From the human T2T-CHM13v2.0 reference genome, Homo sapiens, in the NCBI RefSeq assembly GCF_009914755.1, contig NC_060939.1: a DNA stretch of 64,000 bases; one strand, written 5' to 3'. Position numbers and translations under genes: made by a program. Within the stretch, counting starts at the first letter, position 1, and each line of letters begins with the position of its first letter. The notes below the pieces were generated by a model. The model was not told the DNA's origin and did not search any database. It saw only the letters and a list, made by a program, of their open reading frames with translations. Shown here one piece after another: positions 1 to 12,643 of this stretch.

Positions 1-763
1 TCTGCCCTCCCATAAACCAGAAGTGGAACCCTACTCTCCATTTTGCCACCTCCAGCACCCTTAATAGTGAAAGCAGTCTTGGAATGGGTGATATGGTATT
101 CTGGAGGGCATGACTCCCTTAGCTTGCCTCTCTCCAAGCCCAGAGGATAATGTATTAGCCAGCCCCCATTATGTATTAATTTCTGAAAGCCTCGTTCACG
201 CAGACATAACACATCCACCCACACAGATAAATGCTTAGACAGACACAAAATCATCAGCAGCCAATTATCAGGCCCCCGCAGCTGCCGTGATCAGACCTGG
301 AGGCCCCGCTGCTTGCTCTGCAATTTGTGGTAGCCCAGAGCTGGGGGAGCAGTGGGTGGAGGGAGTCCCCCTATCCAGCCGGCACGGCTCGAGGTCCAGC
401 CCTGACCCTGAGGGCACCTGAGCTTGCTGCCTGGCTGAGAACACCAAACACCAGCCCCAAACGATGAAGAGAGCAGAGTTGGGTGGGGAGCTGTCACGTG
501 TGAGATTTGGTGGCTCTGGCGTCGGCAGTGGTGGCTCTGTTGTTTATTTATAATTTGTACTTTACCTCCCAGAGAGGACCAGAGGCAGCTGGCTCAGATA
601 CTAAGAGGTGTAGGAGCTCAGGGAACTTAGGGAGAGCTTCCTAAAGGGGGGCGGGGCACGAAGGTAGAGTCCTGAGCCTTGGTACCTCAGCAAGGGCACC
701 GAAATTGGCTCAAAGGCTTTGCACAAGGATGCCAGTTCCTGACCCTAGACCAAACCCTTCCCT

Positions 764-907
764 TGGCCACAGACTTAGCCCTGACCCCAGCCACGGACTG
801 AACCCCAATCCTGGTTACACACTGAGCCCCGACCATTGTCAGAAGCTGAGTTCTAGCCATGGTCACAGAATAAGCCCTGATTCTGGTCACACACTGAGTC
901 CTAAACC
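764..907. repeat. Degenerate 24-bp tandem repeat, 6 copies
   Basis: Units align without gaps at 764, 788, 812, 836, 860 and 884; consensus ~TGGTCACAGACTGAGCCCTGACCC. Confidence 0.75.
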
Positions 908-1779
908 ACAGATCAACCCCACTTCTTGACTTTTCTGAAGTCTAGCATGAATAGATCACGTGACCATTTCTCTGGTGGATCAGAGAAAGATACCACTGGA
1001 CACTTGCCCCTTCTCCTCTGAACCCCAATCACCGCCATCCATGAACAGGGGCATTAATGGCACCCGGATATGGTCCCCAAACCCCAAAGGTCTCTAGCAG
1101 TCAGGACCTGCCCAGGAAGAGGAGGTGAGCTGGCATCCCAGCCCAGCATCCTCAGAAACAGCATCCCCAGATCTGGGGTCAGGACAGCATGTCCCAGCCA
1201 CCAGACTCTGCATCTTCAGAAAGGGGAAGGCTCCCTTCTCATGGGAGCAGCCTAATTTTGATGGGATCCTGAAAATATCTATCATCCCAGAAAGACAGGT
1301 ATGAAGCTAGAGTGACAAGAAAAAGCTCCAACTGACAGGACCATTCAGGAAAAGCCTTCCCTGTGAACCCTCTGGCTGGGAAGCTGGGGGTGGACTTAAG
1401 CTTGAAGGCCTTTGCAGACAAGACGTTACACAACCCACTTGGTCTCTGGTTTCGCCTCTGACATACTCTGTGACCTTGAGCCAGCTGCTCCCCCTCTTTG
1501 CTCCTCTACTCCCCATCTATGAAACAAAGGCTCCAGGCCAGCGGCTTGCTAAGGCCTCTCCAGATCTGATATTCCGACACCTGATCGATTTTCTGTGCCT
1601 GCTGACTATCCCTTTCTGAGCCCCTCCTCGACGTTTTAATTCTCAGGAGAATGTTTTCTTGAACTACTTGTGTAATTAAATTTTTTAAACACTAACATAA
1701 AAGAAGGAGGAATGTCAAATTCCAGTTCTGATATTCATGGCTGCATGATTTGGGGGACCTCTCTCTCTCTCTCTCTCCT

Positions 1780-1920
1780 TTCCTCGTCGGAGGCTTATCT
1801 GTAAGTTGGGGATATAAAACTATTTGGAGGCCATCGTGAAGAATAAATGAAATGGGAGATATAGAGCTCCTAGCACAGCCTGGCACATGGTAGGTGCTTT
1901 GTAAATGGTGGTTACTGATC
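1780..1920 (+). mobile_element. MIR SINE fragment
   Basis: Core-like ATCTGTAAGTTGGGGATA...TAGCACAGCCTGGCACATGGTAGGTGCT. Confidence 0.65.
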
Positions 1921-3502
1921 TGTGAACCCACCTGGCTTTAGTCTCTGTTGATTTGAGTCTAGGGCTATAAAATCCAAAGCCTACAGGGGTCAGGCAGCTA
2001 AATGGCATGAATGACGTGGCTGGGTGTAAGACAGTGGCCTTAGCGACAGCTGGGGACCTGCACAACTGCAGAGCAAAAGCCAATGTAAAGGAGGCAGCCT
2101 CTAGTGTCTCCTTCAGCTCCCCGCTGTGGAGTGGGAATGTGGGGCCAGGGCTGCCAGGGTTTCCAGTTTTTCAAGAGAAGCCCGAGAGCCATATTTTCAT
2201 GTTGTATCTTTCCATTTAAAAACATTGGCTCAGATTTGTTATGACCCACTATGCTGGCCAAACAGAGCACATCTGGATGCTGTATTTGGTGCATGGGATG
2301 CTGCTTGGCAACCTCTGATCGAAGTACTGCCCAGTCTTATCTTGAGCGCCCACGGTGACGGGGAGCTCACCACCTCTCTGTGCTGCCTCCCACCTCAGAT
2401 CCGAGTGGGTGCTGATGGTACAGTGTCTCCCAGTGGCTTCCTAGCCCTTGGGACTGCAGACTTCTAGGGCCCTGGCAATGCCTCCTCAGTAAAGAAGCCT
2501 AGCTGGCAGAGAACATCCTCTCCAAAGCCAACACAATGCCCCTGCCCGCCCATGGCCCTCTCTGTCTGGGAAACGTGAATTCTTCAGCATCCCCTGGGCG
2601 AAAGCAAGACTGTCTGGCCGGCCTCAGTAGCCCTTCTATTAATTAGCAACTGGCAGTCGCAGCTTTGTAAGAGCCCTTGAGCCAAGTGAGTCTGTGCAGG
2701 AGCCGGCTGCCTCCTCGGTTCTAAGACAAGCCCCCAGGGGACTGGGGCTGGACCTTCTGCTCTGAGTGAATTCCTCCATGGTGGTCAGTGTTGTGGCAGG
2801 CACAAGGGCCACTCAGGCTGCTATGACACTTGTCAGCCCCATCATTTGTATGAAAGCTAATGCCTTTCAGGGTAGGAGGGGGCAGGGAGAAGTGACAAGC
2901 AAGCCCAGCCCCCAGGGGCGGCTGCTGGCCATAGCCTGGGGCAGGGAAGAAGGATATAAGATTGGGAAGAAGGCCTGGATGCCTCTGTCCTCCTCTCAGC
3001 TGGCCCCTGTCAGAGCCACTGGCTCCCCTGCTCAGTCACCTCTGCGCTCATACCGACATCTGCTCCTTTCCAGAAATCTCATTGCAATGCAGCAGTCACA
3101 GTACTCCCTGCGCCTTCTCCCCAGCCAGGCCCACCCCTCTGGCCCTTTGGATGGGAGAAAAGCTGCAAAAGTGGTGGGACAGGATGGATTAATGAGGGTC
3201 CTCTGACCACCCAGCTTCTTCCTGTTCACACCCATCCCAAAAGCCAGCATGCGGGACCAGCAGCGTCCAAGCAGCAGTGCAGGAAAGGAGGAAGAGCAAG
3301 CTATGAATCCCACATCCCCACACTGGCAGGCAGACCTCTGTGACTTGGCTCAGCCCAGTTCACAGACTTCACCCTGCCACGCTGAGCTTGGGGATAGAGG
3401 CCACAGGCTCTGAGGCCAAAGAGATAAAACGGAGCTCTGCCCTCAGGGAGCTCAGTTTGGGAGCTTGGGCTAAGCATGGAACAAGCGCATGAACAGTAAC
3501 CT

Positions 3503-3660
3503 CAATACTCCAAGCATGGTCCTGGTCTGGACACCAGCCACATTAGCAATCTTTGGGCGCTTAATGAGAAATACAGCATCTCAGGCCCCATCCAGACCTA
3601 CTGAATCAGAATCTGTATTGAACAAGATCGCCGGGTGAGTCGGATGACATTACAGCAGGA
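3503..3660. mobile_element. MER5A-like hAT-Charlie MITE
   Basis: CTCAGGCCCCATCCAGACCTACTGAATCAGAATCTG signature. Confidence 0.75.
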
Positions 3661-6600
3661 CAAGCTGCATTGTAACAAACACAGAGCTCCGTCCAAATGC
3701 CACAAGGTGGTCAGCCAGGAAGAGATGGATGGTGGCCAGGGTGGCCTGAGAGAGCATCCCACAAGGCCCTGGGGACACTGGGCCCTAAAGCATGGGAGAG
3801 AAGGGTGGATGGACAGGGAGACAGGTCAGCACAGTTGGAAACTCCCTATGTGAGGCAGGCAGCTACCTGGCAGCCCAAAACCCTCGAAGCTCACAGCAGC
3901 TAAGGGAACCAGTGTGGCAGGGCCAAGCAGGGGAGAAGGTAACCCCCATCCTTACCATGTAGCCACCAGACCAGGAACTTGAGCCTTGCAGCAGGGAGAA
4001 CCTGGAGCCGAGGCCTCTCTAGCCAGGCAGTATGGGGATCCTGGCCCTCTGCCCCTATCGGGTTTTTGTGCACCCAGCATCCTGGAAGCACCTCGGTCCT
4101 GAGCTCCAGCAGCCCCTGCCTTGTCAGGTGGGACACATCTCATCCCCAGAGAGAGCCCTGCTGCCCACTGTGCCAGCTGATAGCACAGCCCAGGCAGCTC
4201 ACCTTGGAATTCCCCTCTGCAACTAGGCACCCTTCCCCCTCCAACACAGCCTGCGGCTCCTTTCCGCCTGGCTTTGCACACTGAGAGTCCTAACAACATT
4301 CCTGGGTAATGGCCCCAGGAAAGCCCAGCAAAGAAGGGGCCTCGGAACCCCCAGACCCAGAGTCAGGCTGCTGCCTCTTCCTCCTTGCCACCTCCTGCCA
4401 GAACAGTCCTTTCCAGGATTCAAAGTGAGAAAGGTGGGAGCGGGTAGGACTGAGGAAATAGAAAAGAAACCAGTCCCAAGGGAGAACCCCTTTCCCCCCT
4501 CAGGCATCTAACTCTGAGCCCTGTTTTTGTTTCCATCCTGCTGGCAATGGGAGGCCCAAGCCCCAGATTGCAGAGGGACCCCCACTGCCAGGCTCCAGAG
4601 AAGGTGAGTGTCTGCCTCTCACCAGGCCCAGGCTCTCTTCTGGGATGGCCTAGAGAGGGGTTCACAACCTTGAGCTCCCAGATGGTCCTCAACTTAGGGG
4701 GCCACAGACACCAGAAATTAAGTGCCACACTCTATGTGTCTGGACACCCAGGTATCCTTCTGGATGGAGTAAAATGTCTGACCCCAAGAAGGTTCACAAC
4801 CCCTGCTTGAGCCAAGGACAGAGGCCCTTGTGATCTTCCCAAAACCAAGGAAAGGAAGTTGTGAGGACAGGGGAGGTGTGGTTCACAACAGCATCACGGC
4901 TCCTCTGACAGCTCACTGCAGCTTCTCACCTCGGCAGGGCGACCACAGTTGTACAATTTGTGCTTGACATGGCAACAGGCAACAAGATTCCCATTTTCTA
5001 AATGGGAAAACTGGGGCTCAAATAAGGCTCATAACCCACACAGGGCTCCACAGCAGTCAGGGTTGGGGAGGTGATGGGAGGTGAGTAATGGCAGTGACGG
5101 GGTGCCAGTGACCAGCAGCAGGAAGTCGGCTCAGGACACCCCTGGGACCTGCTAGGCCACTGGCCCAGTTTCCAAGATTTTGGAGCCCAGCTCTTTCTGC
5201 CCCAAGGAAAGGACACTTTAAGCACCCCCGTCTTCCCTTCCTCATGGCTTCAGGAGGCTCAGTCTAGGAGAGGGTAGGGACAGGGGGATGAGAAAGGCCA
5301 AGCTTCTGCCTGCCTCCATTATTAAGGCTGAGCCAGCTTTGGGGGCGCAGCAGCAATCCCAGAACTGACGTTCCACACAGGGACTTCCCCACCAGCTTCC
5401 ACATCCACCCACACAGCCCCCAGACACCCACTCAGACAGACACCTAGATACACACACCCAGGCTGACTCCCTGAGCCTGACCAGCTTCCAGGAACACAAC
5501 CAGCTACATCTGCACTTGGGGTTCCATTTCCTTTCTCTCCTCTTAGAAAAACAAGATTAGCCAGTACCTATGTTTTTTGTTGTTGTTGTTGTTCCAGGTT
5601 CTCCAGGACACAGCTTGTGTGGAAGGAAGGACCCATCCAGGACCCAAGAGCCCAGCCAGCCTCGGGGAGGAGCCCGGGGAGCTATGTCCTGAGGGGCTGC
5701 AGCATCCTGGCCTCTTCCCTTAACACACCACAAATACAAGTTTCAAAAGGCAGATGGGGAGTTGGAGGGGAGGGGAAGCCAGAAAAGCCCAGGGAGCCTG
5801 GGGAAGCCATGGCGGTGGCCAGGGCATGGTTTCTTTTCTATTGGGGGGTGGGATCGGGGGCAGGTAGAGTAATGAGAAGCAGAGGTAGCCCAGAAAAGCC
5901 TATGATTAGCCATGGCCCAGGTTATGCTGGTCCCTCAAAGCACAGCCCACCCTTGCCCTGGAAAAGGCACCCAGCCTTCCTCCCCCAGCAATGGGAGATG
6001 CTGGAAGCAGCCCATCACAGCCAGCCCTGAACTCCAAACCGCAAACTCAATCTATCATTGTTTGCTGGCAATTCTTTATTAAACCAGTTCTGCTGGATCA
6101 ATGCTTCCTGCCCGTCAAAATGATGAATAAATCCTCGACTAGCCTGAGCAATGCTTGCAGAAGCTCTTGCGAAGCCTGAGGTGGGCAATGGCGATTGGCT
6201 ACACATAGAGGCCCAAGGCCAATGGCTAAAACTCTAGAGACCAAGGCTGGGGGTGCTGGTCGGGGTGCGGTGGGTTAGGTGGGGTTGGGTGGTGGGTTTT
6301 CGAAGCTTAGAAGAATTAGCTAGGCTCTTGCCTGTTTGACATTCTAAGGATGACACTAGCTGTTTTGGCCTAGAAGCAGGAAAGGTATGGCCACCGCTCC
6401 TCCAGACACACTCAGATGGTCTTTCTTGGATTTCTTTCCTTACACCCCACCCAGCTCCAGACAGCTACAAGGCTGTGCAAAGAGGACGTGCCACTTGCAG
6501 CTACCAGTCCCTGTTGCTTGTTGCACAAACCCAAATTCAAAGCCCACTCTGACCCTTTTCCTGTTGCCCATTTCACAATTCTGCTGTATCCCCGCTTCCC

Positions 6601-8617
6601 TATCCCCACACCCTCTCCTGCAGCCATGTCCCAGGCAGCCTGCAGTTAGTGGGAGATTCTGCAGCAGGGGGACTGCAGACAGACATACCAGAATGGGGTA
6701 AGACCAGGAAGGGGAAAAGGATCCTATCTGATGAAATCAACCCAGTCCTCACTCTCCAACTTCTAAGGTAAGGGAGATAGGAAGGGCCAGGCCCAGCATC
6801 CAGAAGGTCCCCGGCCAATGCTTGCTGCTGAGGGAGGCTGGGCATGCCTGGGGTTGGCCTCTTGTAGGCTCCCCAGGCAATGGGCTTGGTGATGAGAACC
6901 CTGAACAGATGCTTTCTGACAACAAAAACAGCAGGGACCTGGGCAAGGGAGGGGAGGGCCCTTCAGCAATCTCGAGGGGTTGGTACTGGAACTGCCTATC
7001 ACCACCACTGAAGAGTTGAGAGACAGGAGGAAAAACCCAGGACACCCATGGGGGTGGAGGAGACATAGCCCCTGCTCACTCCTCTCTAGCTCGGCCCAGG
7101 ATCCTCAGGGCCCAGTACTGGCCAGAGGCAAGCCCACTCTTCAGGAACCTGGCACTGGGAACCCAGACACCGTTCCTGATGGGAGGGTCCCACATTTGCT
7201 CACACAATTTGATGACTATGGCTGTCTGTTTAGCCTGCCCTCTGGTCTCCCTAGTCTTCTGGGAATGGGAACCCTGGAGATATTAGGGTTAGGAAGAGCA
7301 GTCTGTCAAAGGAAAAAAGGGGGGAGGGGCTCTGTTCACTACCTATTTTAAGCCACCGAGTGTTGTCTGACTGGTCATTCCCAGTGCGAGAAATCTCTCT
7401 CATTGGATGGAAAATGGCTTTGCTCTCATTACAAACCCAGCTTCCCTGGAGTTTGCAAAGAGGGCTCTGGGTTGGCAAAATGCTCATTTTTATAGGCAGG
7501 CAACTAAGGTAGGCAAGGAAGGGAGATAAGTAGGCGGCAGGGCCCAGAGAAAGAGAGAATGAGAGAATTAAACCCAGCTTGAAAAGTGTTTCCCAGACCT
7601 TCATCACAATCTCATGCATCACGAAAGCCCAGAGGGGCACTAGGGAACCTTAGGACCTTGACTTAGGTAAAGGCATCCCTGATCCCAACCCTAGAAACAA
7701 CCAACAATCCCTCTTTTTGCACAAATATGCCCACAAGCTCCCAGTGGTATCTGCTGTTCAGTGGCATCCGACTCAAGTGATGTGGAAGGGGGCAGGGTCC
7801 CTCTCCCTGACTGGCAGTCATACCTTGTTTGGGGACCCACGAGTGGCCCATGAGAGACCAAGCAGATGCTGGAGCTTGGGTCTCTGGGGTATGGATGGGC
7901 CACTGGACAAGCATGGGACACAGGACAGCTGCTCATCAGTCAGAACACCAGGCATCTTCACCCATCACTATGAGCAAGGTCATTCTGCCCTGCCGCTCTG
8001 GATGCCAGCTGCCCAGGGTGCCTGCTCTTGGCCCACCACTCAGCATGAGGAGCTGAGCTCAGGGTTACGGTGGGTGCAGGGGGTTTTCATCCCGGCCTGA
8101 GGCCCCAGTGACTTCGGTCCTCCAGGGACCCGGCCGCAGCTTCCCAGGGCACCAGAAAGCAGACATAAATGCCTGCTGTCAGCACCCAAGGAGCTGGCCC
8201 GTTGCTAAGAGGTCTGTCTCTCTTCACGGCCCTGCTCTGCAGGCTGAATGACCCGGAGCTGCCTCTAGGATGGCCATCCTGACTCTGCAGCCTTGAAGGG
8301 GGAGGAGGAATATGTGGCTTAAGGTGGCAGAGCCCTATCCTGGCTGCCGGCAGGGGTAGGCCAGGCTCAGAACACCTTTTCATTCTGTCTCCAATGCAGC
8401 CCAGACCCGAGAAGACCAGTGACTGAACCCAGAGGAAAGTTCCCCCAGCGCGGTGCAGGAGGGGGCCTGGGGGTGTCTCGGAGCCTAGAGGCGCCCTGCC
8501 TCTCTTGGAGCTCCCAGCGCAAGGCAGGAAAGTTAACTCCGGCTGGGAGGCAGGGTCAGGAGGAGGCATGCCTGCCACCGCGCAGGGCACCCACAGGATC
8601 ATCGCTGTGGCCCCTTA

Positions 8618-9529
<912 letters not shown>

Positions 9530-9541
9530 TCAGGCGCCCAT
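9530..9541 (-). other. Minimal uORF Met-Gly-Ala-stop in the HCN4 5'UTR
   Basis: Minus strand AGC ATG GGC GCC TGA, with A at -3 and G at +4. Confidence 0.6.
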
Positions 9542-9977
9542 GCTTGGGCAGGCTGCGCGCCGCGGGGAGGATCCTAGTCCCGCTCCGAGTCCCCGGGCTC
9601 GCCGCGCTACACCTCCTCCCGGGCCCGGCTGGGCGCGGGGACCCCGCGCTCCCTTCTTGCCTCCCTCCCTCCCTCTGGCGTTCAGGGGCGCGGCGCGCCG
9701 CCCGGCTCCAGGCGCCCCGCCCCCGCGGGGAACAATGGGCGCCGGCCGGAGAGGCTCTGCGGCCGCGGCGCTCAGGGAACCGCTCCGGAGTGCAGAGCGC
9801 ACGGCCCGCGCGGGTCCCGGGCGTGCGTCCCGCGGGAGGGCTGGCTGTCCGTCTGTCTCGCCGCCCGGGCTTTGTGGCTGGCCACCCGCGAGCTCGCCTC
9901 GCCTCCTCTGCCCCGGCCCGTCCGGCCCGTCCCGGGGCTCCCGCCGCAACCGAGCGGAGCCCAGCGACCCGCCGGGC

Positions 9978-10076
9978 TTACATCAGCGGCCGCCTCCCCC
10001 GAAGCGCCCTCCGGCAGCGCTCGGGCTCCCGCGCCCCGGAATATTCATGAAGCCGCCGCAGCTCGCGGGTTGCCAT
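9978..10076 (-). other. Overlapping 5'-proximal uORFs: 32 aa (10076-9978), 21 aa (10048-9983) and start-stop ATG-TAA (9983-9978)
   Basis: Hand translation of the minus strand. All converge on TGATGTAA at 9985-9978. Whether they are in the mRNA depends on the start site used. Confidence 0.45.
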
Positions 10077-10170
10077 AGGAGCGGCTCCAGCAGCCGGGCC
10101 TGCCTACCTGGGCTTCTTAAAGGGGCAGCGGCGCACGGGCCGGGGGCTGGAAAGGGGCGGGGGGCGGGCC
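10069..10170 (-). promoter_or_regulatory. HCN4 core promoter: TATA-like TTTAAGAA (10121-10114), overlapping GC boxes (10154-10168), X-box-like GTTGCCATAGGAGC (10069-10082)
   Basis: Motifs read directly from the sequence. The TATA-like octamer is a short AT-rich patch in a GC-rich context, correctly oriented for HCN4. Confidence 0.55.
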
Positions 10171-11101
10171 TGGCAAGGGGCCCAGGTTAGACCCTCGCTA
10201 GACCTTCGGGGCCGGGGTGAGAGGTATCCACACTGCTGCGCCCTTAAATCTCTTTCCTGGGCTAAGCTGGGAGTGCGCCCCAAGTCTGAAGCTCCGGCTT
10301 CAGTTGCGAATTCCCCATCCTAAGATTGAAGGGTGGGGGGTGGCTTCCCAATTTCTCCATCACCAAGCTCTGGGCTCGCCTTTCCCTGGCATTTTTGCCC
10401 CTCAGCTGGGTCTCCGACTTTCCTCTTGGGAGGCGACCGGGTTCGTCTGGATGCAGAGTCCCGGCCTTCCCGCAACCCTCCTGGAGAGGGGGCTTCCGGA
10501 AATGCGCCGCGTCGGGGAGGCTCCCACGGTTTTCCTGTGACATGGGCAGGGTGCGAACCCCGCGCCAGTCTTTCCCCTGCAAAGCCTCGCAGCAGCCAGG
10601 CAAGGAGGGCGTGGGGAAACAGGGAGACACGCACAGGGCGCGCGGGTGGGACCCAGCCCTTCGAGGTAAGACTTCGAGGAAATGCGCCGGCAACAGTGAC
10701 GGATGCGAGATCCGAACGCCGACCTCCGCACGCGCCTCTCCCTCGGTAGTTCCGAGAAAGGGACAAGCCGGCTGCAGCGGGGAGCGGTTGGGCCGGTTCC
10801 TCGGACGCCCCAGCACTCTGGAACTGGCTTTGGAGCCCCTTCTCCCTGTGTTCCCATCCACATTATGACACCTACTATGTGGACCCACGCTGGGTGAGTT
10901 CCTGTTCCACCCAGTCCCCTACCTGCACCCCCAAGCAGCTGCACAGCCCCCACTCCCTTCCAGTCTGCAGCCCAGCCCCCTTCCCCCCAACCCCCGCCAA
11001 GGATCCAACTGTGTGTCCTCTCTCCCAGTCTCTCCCAGTGTACAGTGTCCGGGCTTATGGACAGATTTCACTAGCTCAGCCTAAGGTATAGCCCTACCCC
11101 C

Positions 11102-11122
11102 TCCAACACCATGGACAGCCTG
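11102..11122 (+). promoter_or_regulatory. Candidate RE1/NRSE (REST site)
   Basis: TCCAACACCATGGACAGCCTG matches 16 of the first 18 positions of TTCAGCACCATGGACAGCGCC, with canonical 2-nt half-site spacing. Confidence 0.5.
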
Positions 11123-12563
11123 ATACCCCAGATTAGCTCAGAAATGGATAGGGGGACAGATTGGGCATTAAGGGGAGGGGAGTTGTCCAGAGAAGGCTGG
11201 AGCCGAGGTTAATGCTGGAGCGGACACACAGCAAAGTCTCACAGGAGGGAGGCAAAAAGGTCCCCTGGCTCTGCCATCTCTCTGAGGAATAACATCAAGT
11301 TTTTCTTCAAATGATTTTTTTACTCTCATTCTTAGCCCAATGTGACCACTTTCGCCTCCTCCATCCAGAGTAGGAATTTGGAGAGCAGGATGCGGGGCGG
11401 GCAGCCTAGCAGGGGCTCTTCTGCTCTACCCACTGGACCACAGGACCTCCCACAGTGAGAGGAATGACTAGGGTGATGACATCACTGGTAGCTGGCATTT
11501 TTACTTTTGAGCAGCTCTGAGCTGACAGTTCTCTGCACAGATGCTGGAAGCCTAATCCCTGAGTGTCCTTGGGTCTCCTTGAGAAGAAGTGTTCTTAAAG
11601 AGCTGTGAGCCCAGCCTGCCCTGGTCTACCAGCCACAGGAGGGAAGACCTCCATTTAACACACTTCTTTGAGCTTCTTTGTCTAGCTGGGAGTTAGTCTG
11701 CCTTAACCCCGCTCAGGAAGTCAGCCCATATAGGCTTCCCCATGACCTATGGTAGAGACATCTCCTCCTCTGGGAACCCTTTCCTAATCACCAAAACCTT
11801 GGTCATGTCCCTGCCTTTGGTTCCCATGGCCTATTAGCTCCTGTGACCCTGAGCACTGATTACACAGTGCAGTCTGTGCCCTGAGGGTGGAGCAGGTCCA
11901 CCTTATCTCAGGGACCTCTCCACCAACACAAGGGTGGACAGAAAGCAGATTAATAAGTTTCAACTCTACAAATGAGTGAGGGACCCTAGAAGTTAGCTAA
12001 TGGCATTGGAGGGGATGCTTGGAGGAGATGGAGGATAAGACCAAAATTCTGCTTCCTGGGATACTGCTGCCACAGGCCGGCCAGGGGTCAGGATCTCTTA
12101 ATTCCACCCTACCAGCACCTCACTCGCCCTCAATTTCATTAGTGGCACCCATTCACGACCATCTAGGACCAACTTTAGGTGCAGCAATGACTATTAGATA
12201 AATCAGGCCCTTGATAAACCCTGATGAGATCTGGCTTCTCCTGCCTCCTTTATGTGGAAACCCTAATGGAGGACACTGGTGGTGTGCCAACAGTCCAGGG
12301 GACAGAGGAGGAGCAGCCCCAGGTCTTGCCCTTGATGGGCTTCAAGTTGTGAGGAAGCTAGACTCATTCTCAGGAATAGGGCATGAAAATAGAGCAGGAA
12401 AACTGAAGACAGGAAAGAAATGTATATTAAATCATGTCCCCAACCATGAGAGATTTCAGAGGGAGCTATTGCTGGCCTTGGAGTAGCTAGGGAGGGTTTC
12501 CTGGAGGAGGGGGCCAGACTTGATGAGAGACATATATCTAACACTTTACAGTTTACACCTTTT

Positions 12564-12643
12564 TGTTGTTAAACCACATGAAATTTTGATTTTTGTGAGC
12601 CCAATATTGTCAAATTTTGGCAATTTCACGTGAGTCAACCTGA
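12564..12643. mobile_element. MADE2-like mariner MITE (~80-bp imperfect palindrome) within a MIR
   Basis: GTTAAACCACATGAAATT...GGCAATTTCACGTGAGTCAACCT inverted arms. Confidence 0.65.

Noticed and set aside
7343-7352. CTATTTTAAG as a MEF2 site
   Set aside because: One mismatch to YTAWWWWTAR; too common to call without conservation data.
8615-8617. Stop codon ending a 262-aa HCN4 protein
   Set aside because: The TAA is part of the GTAAG splice donor.
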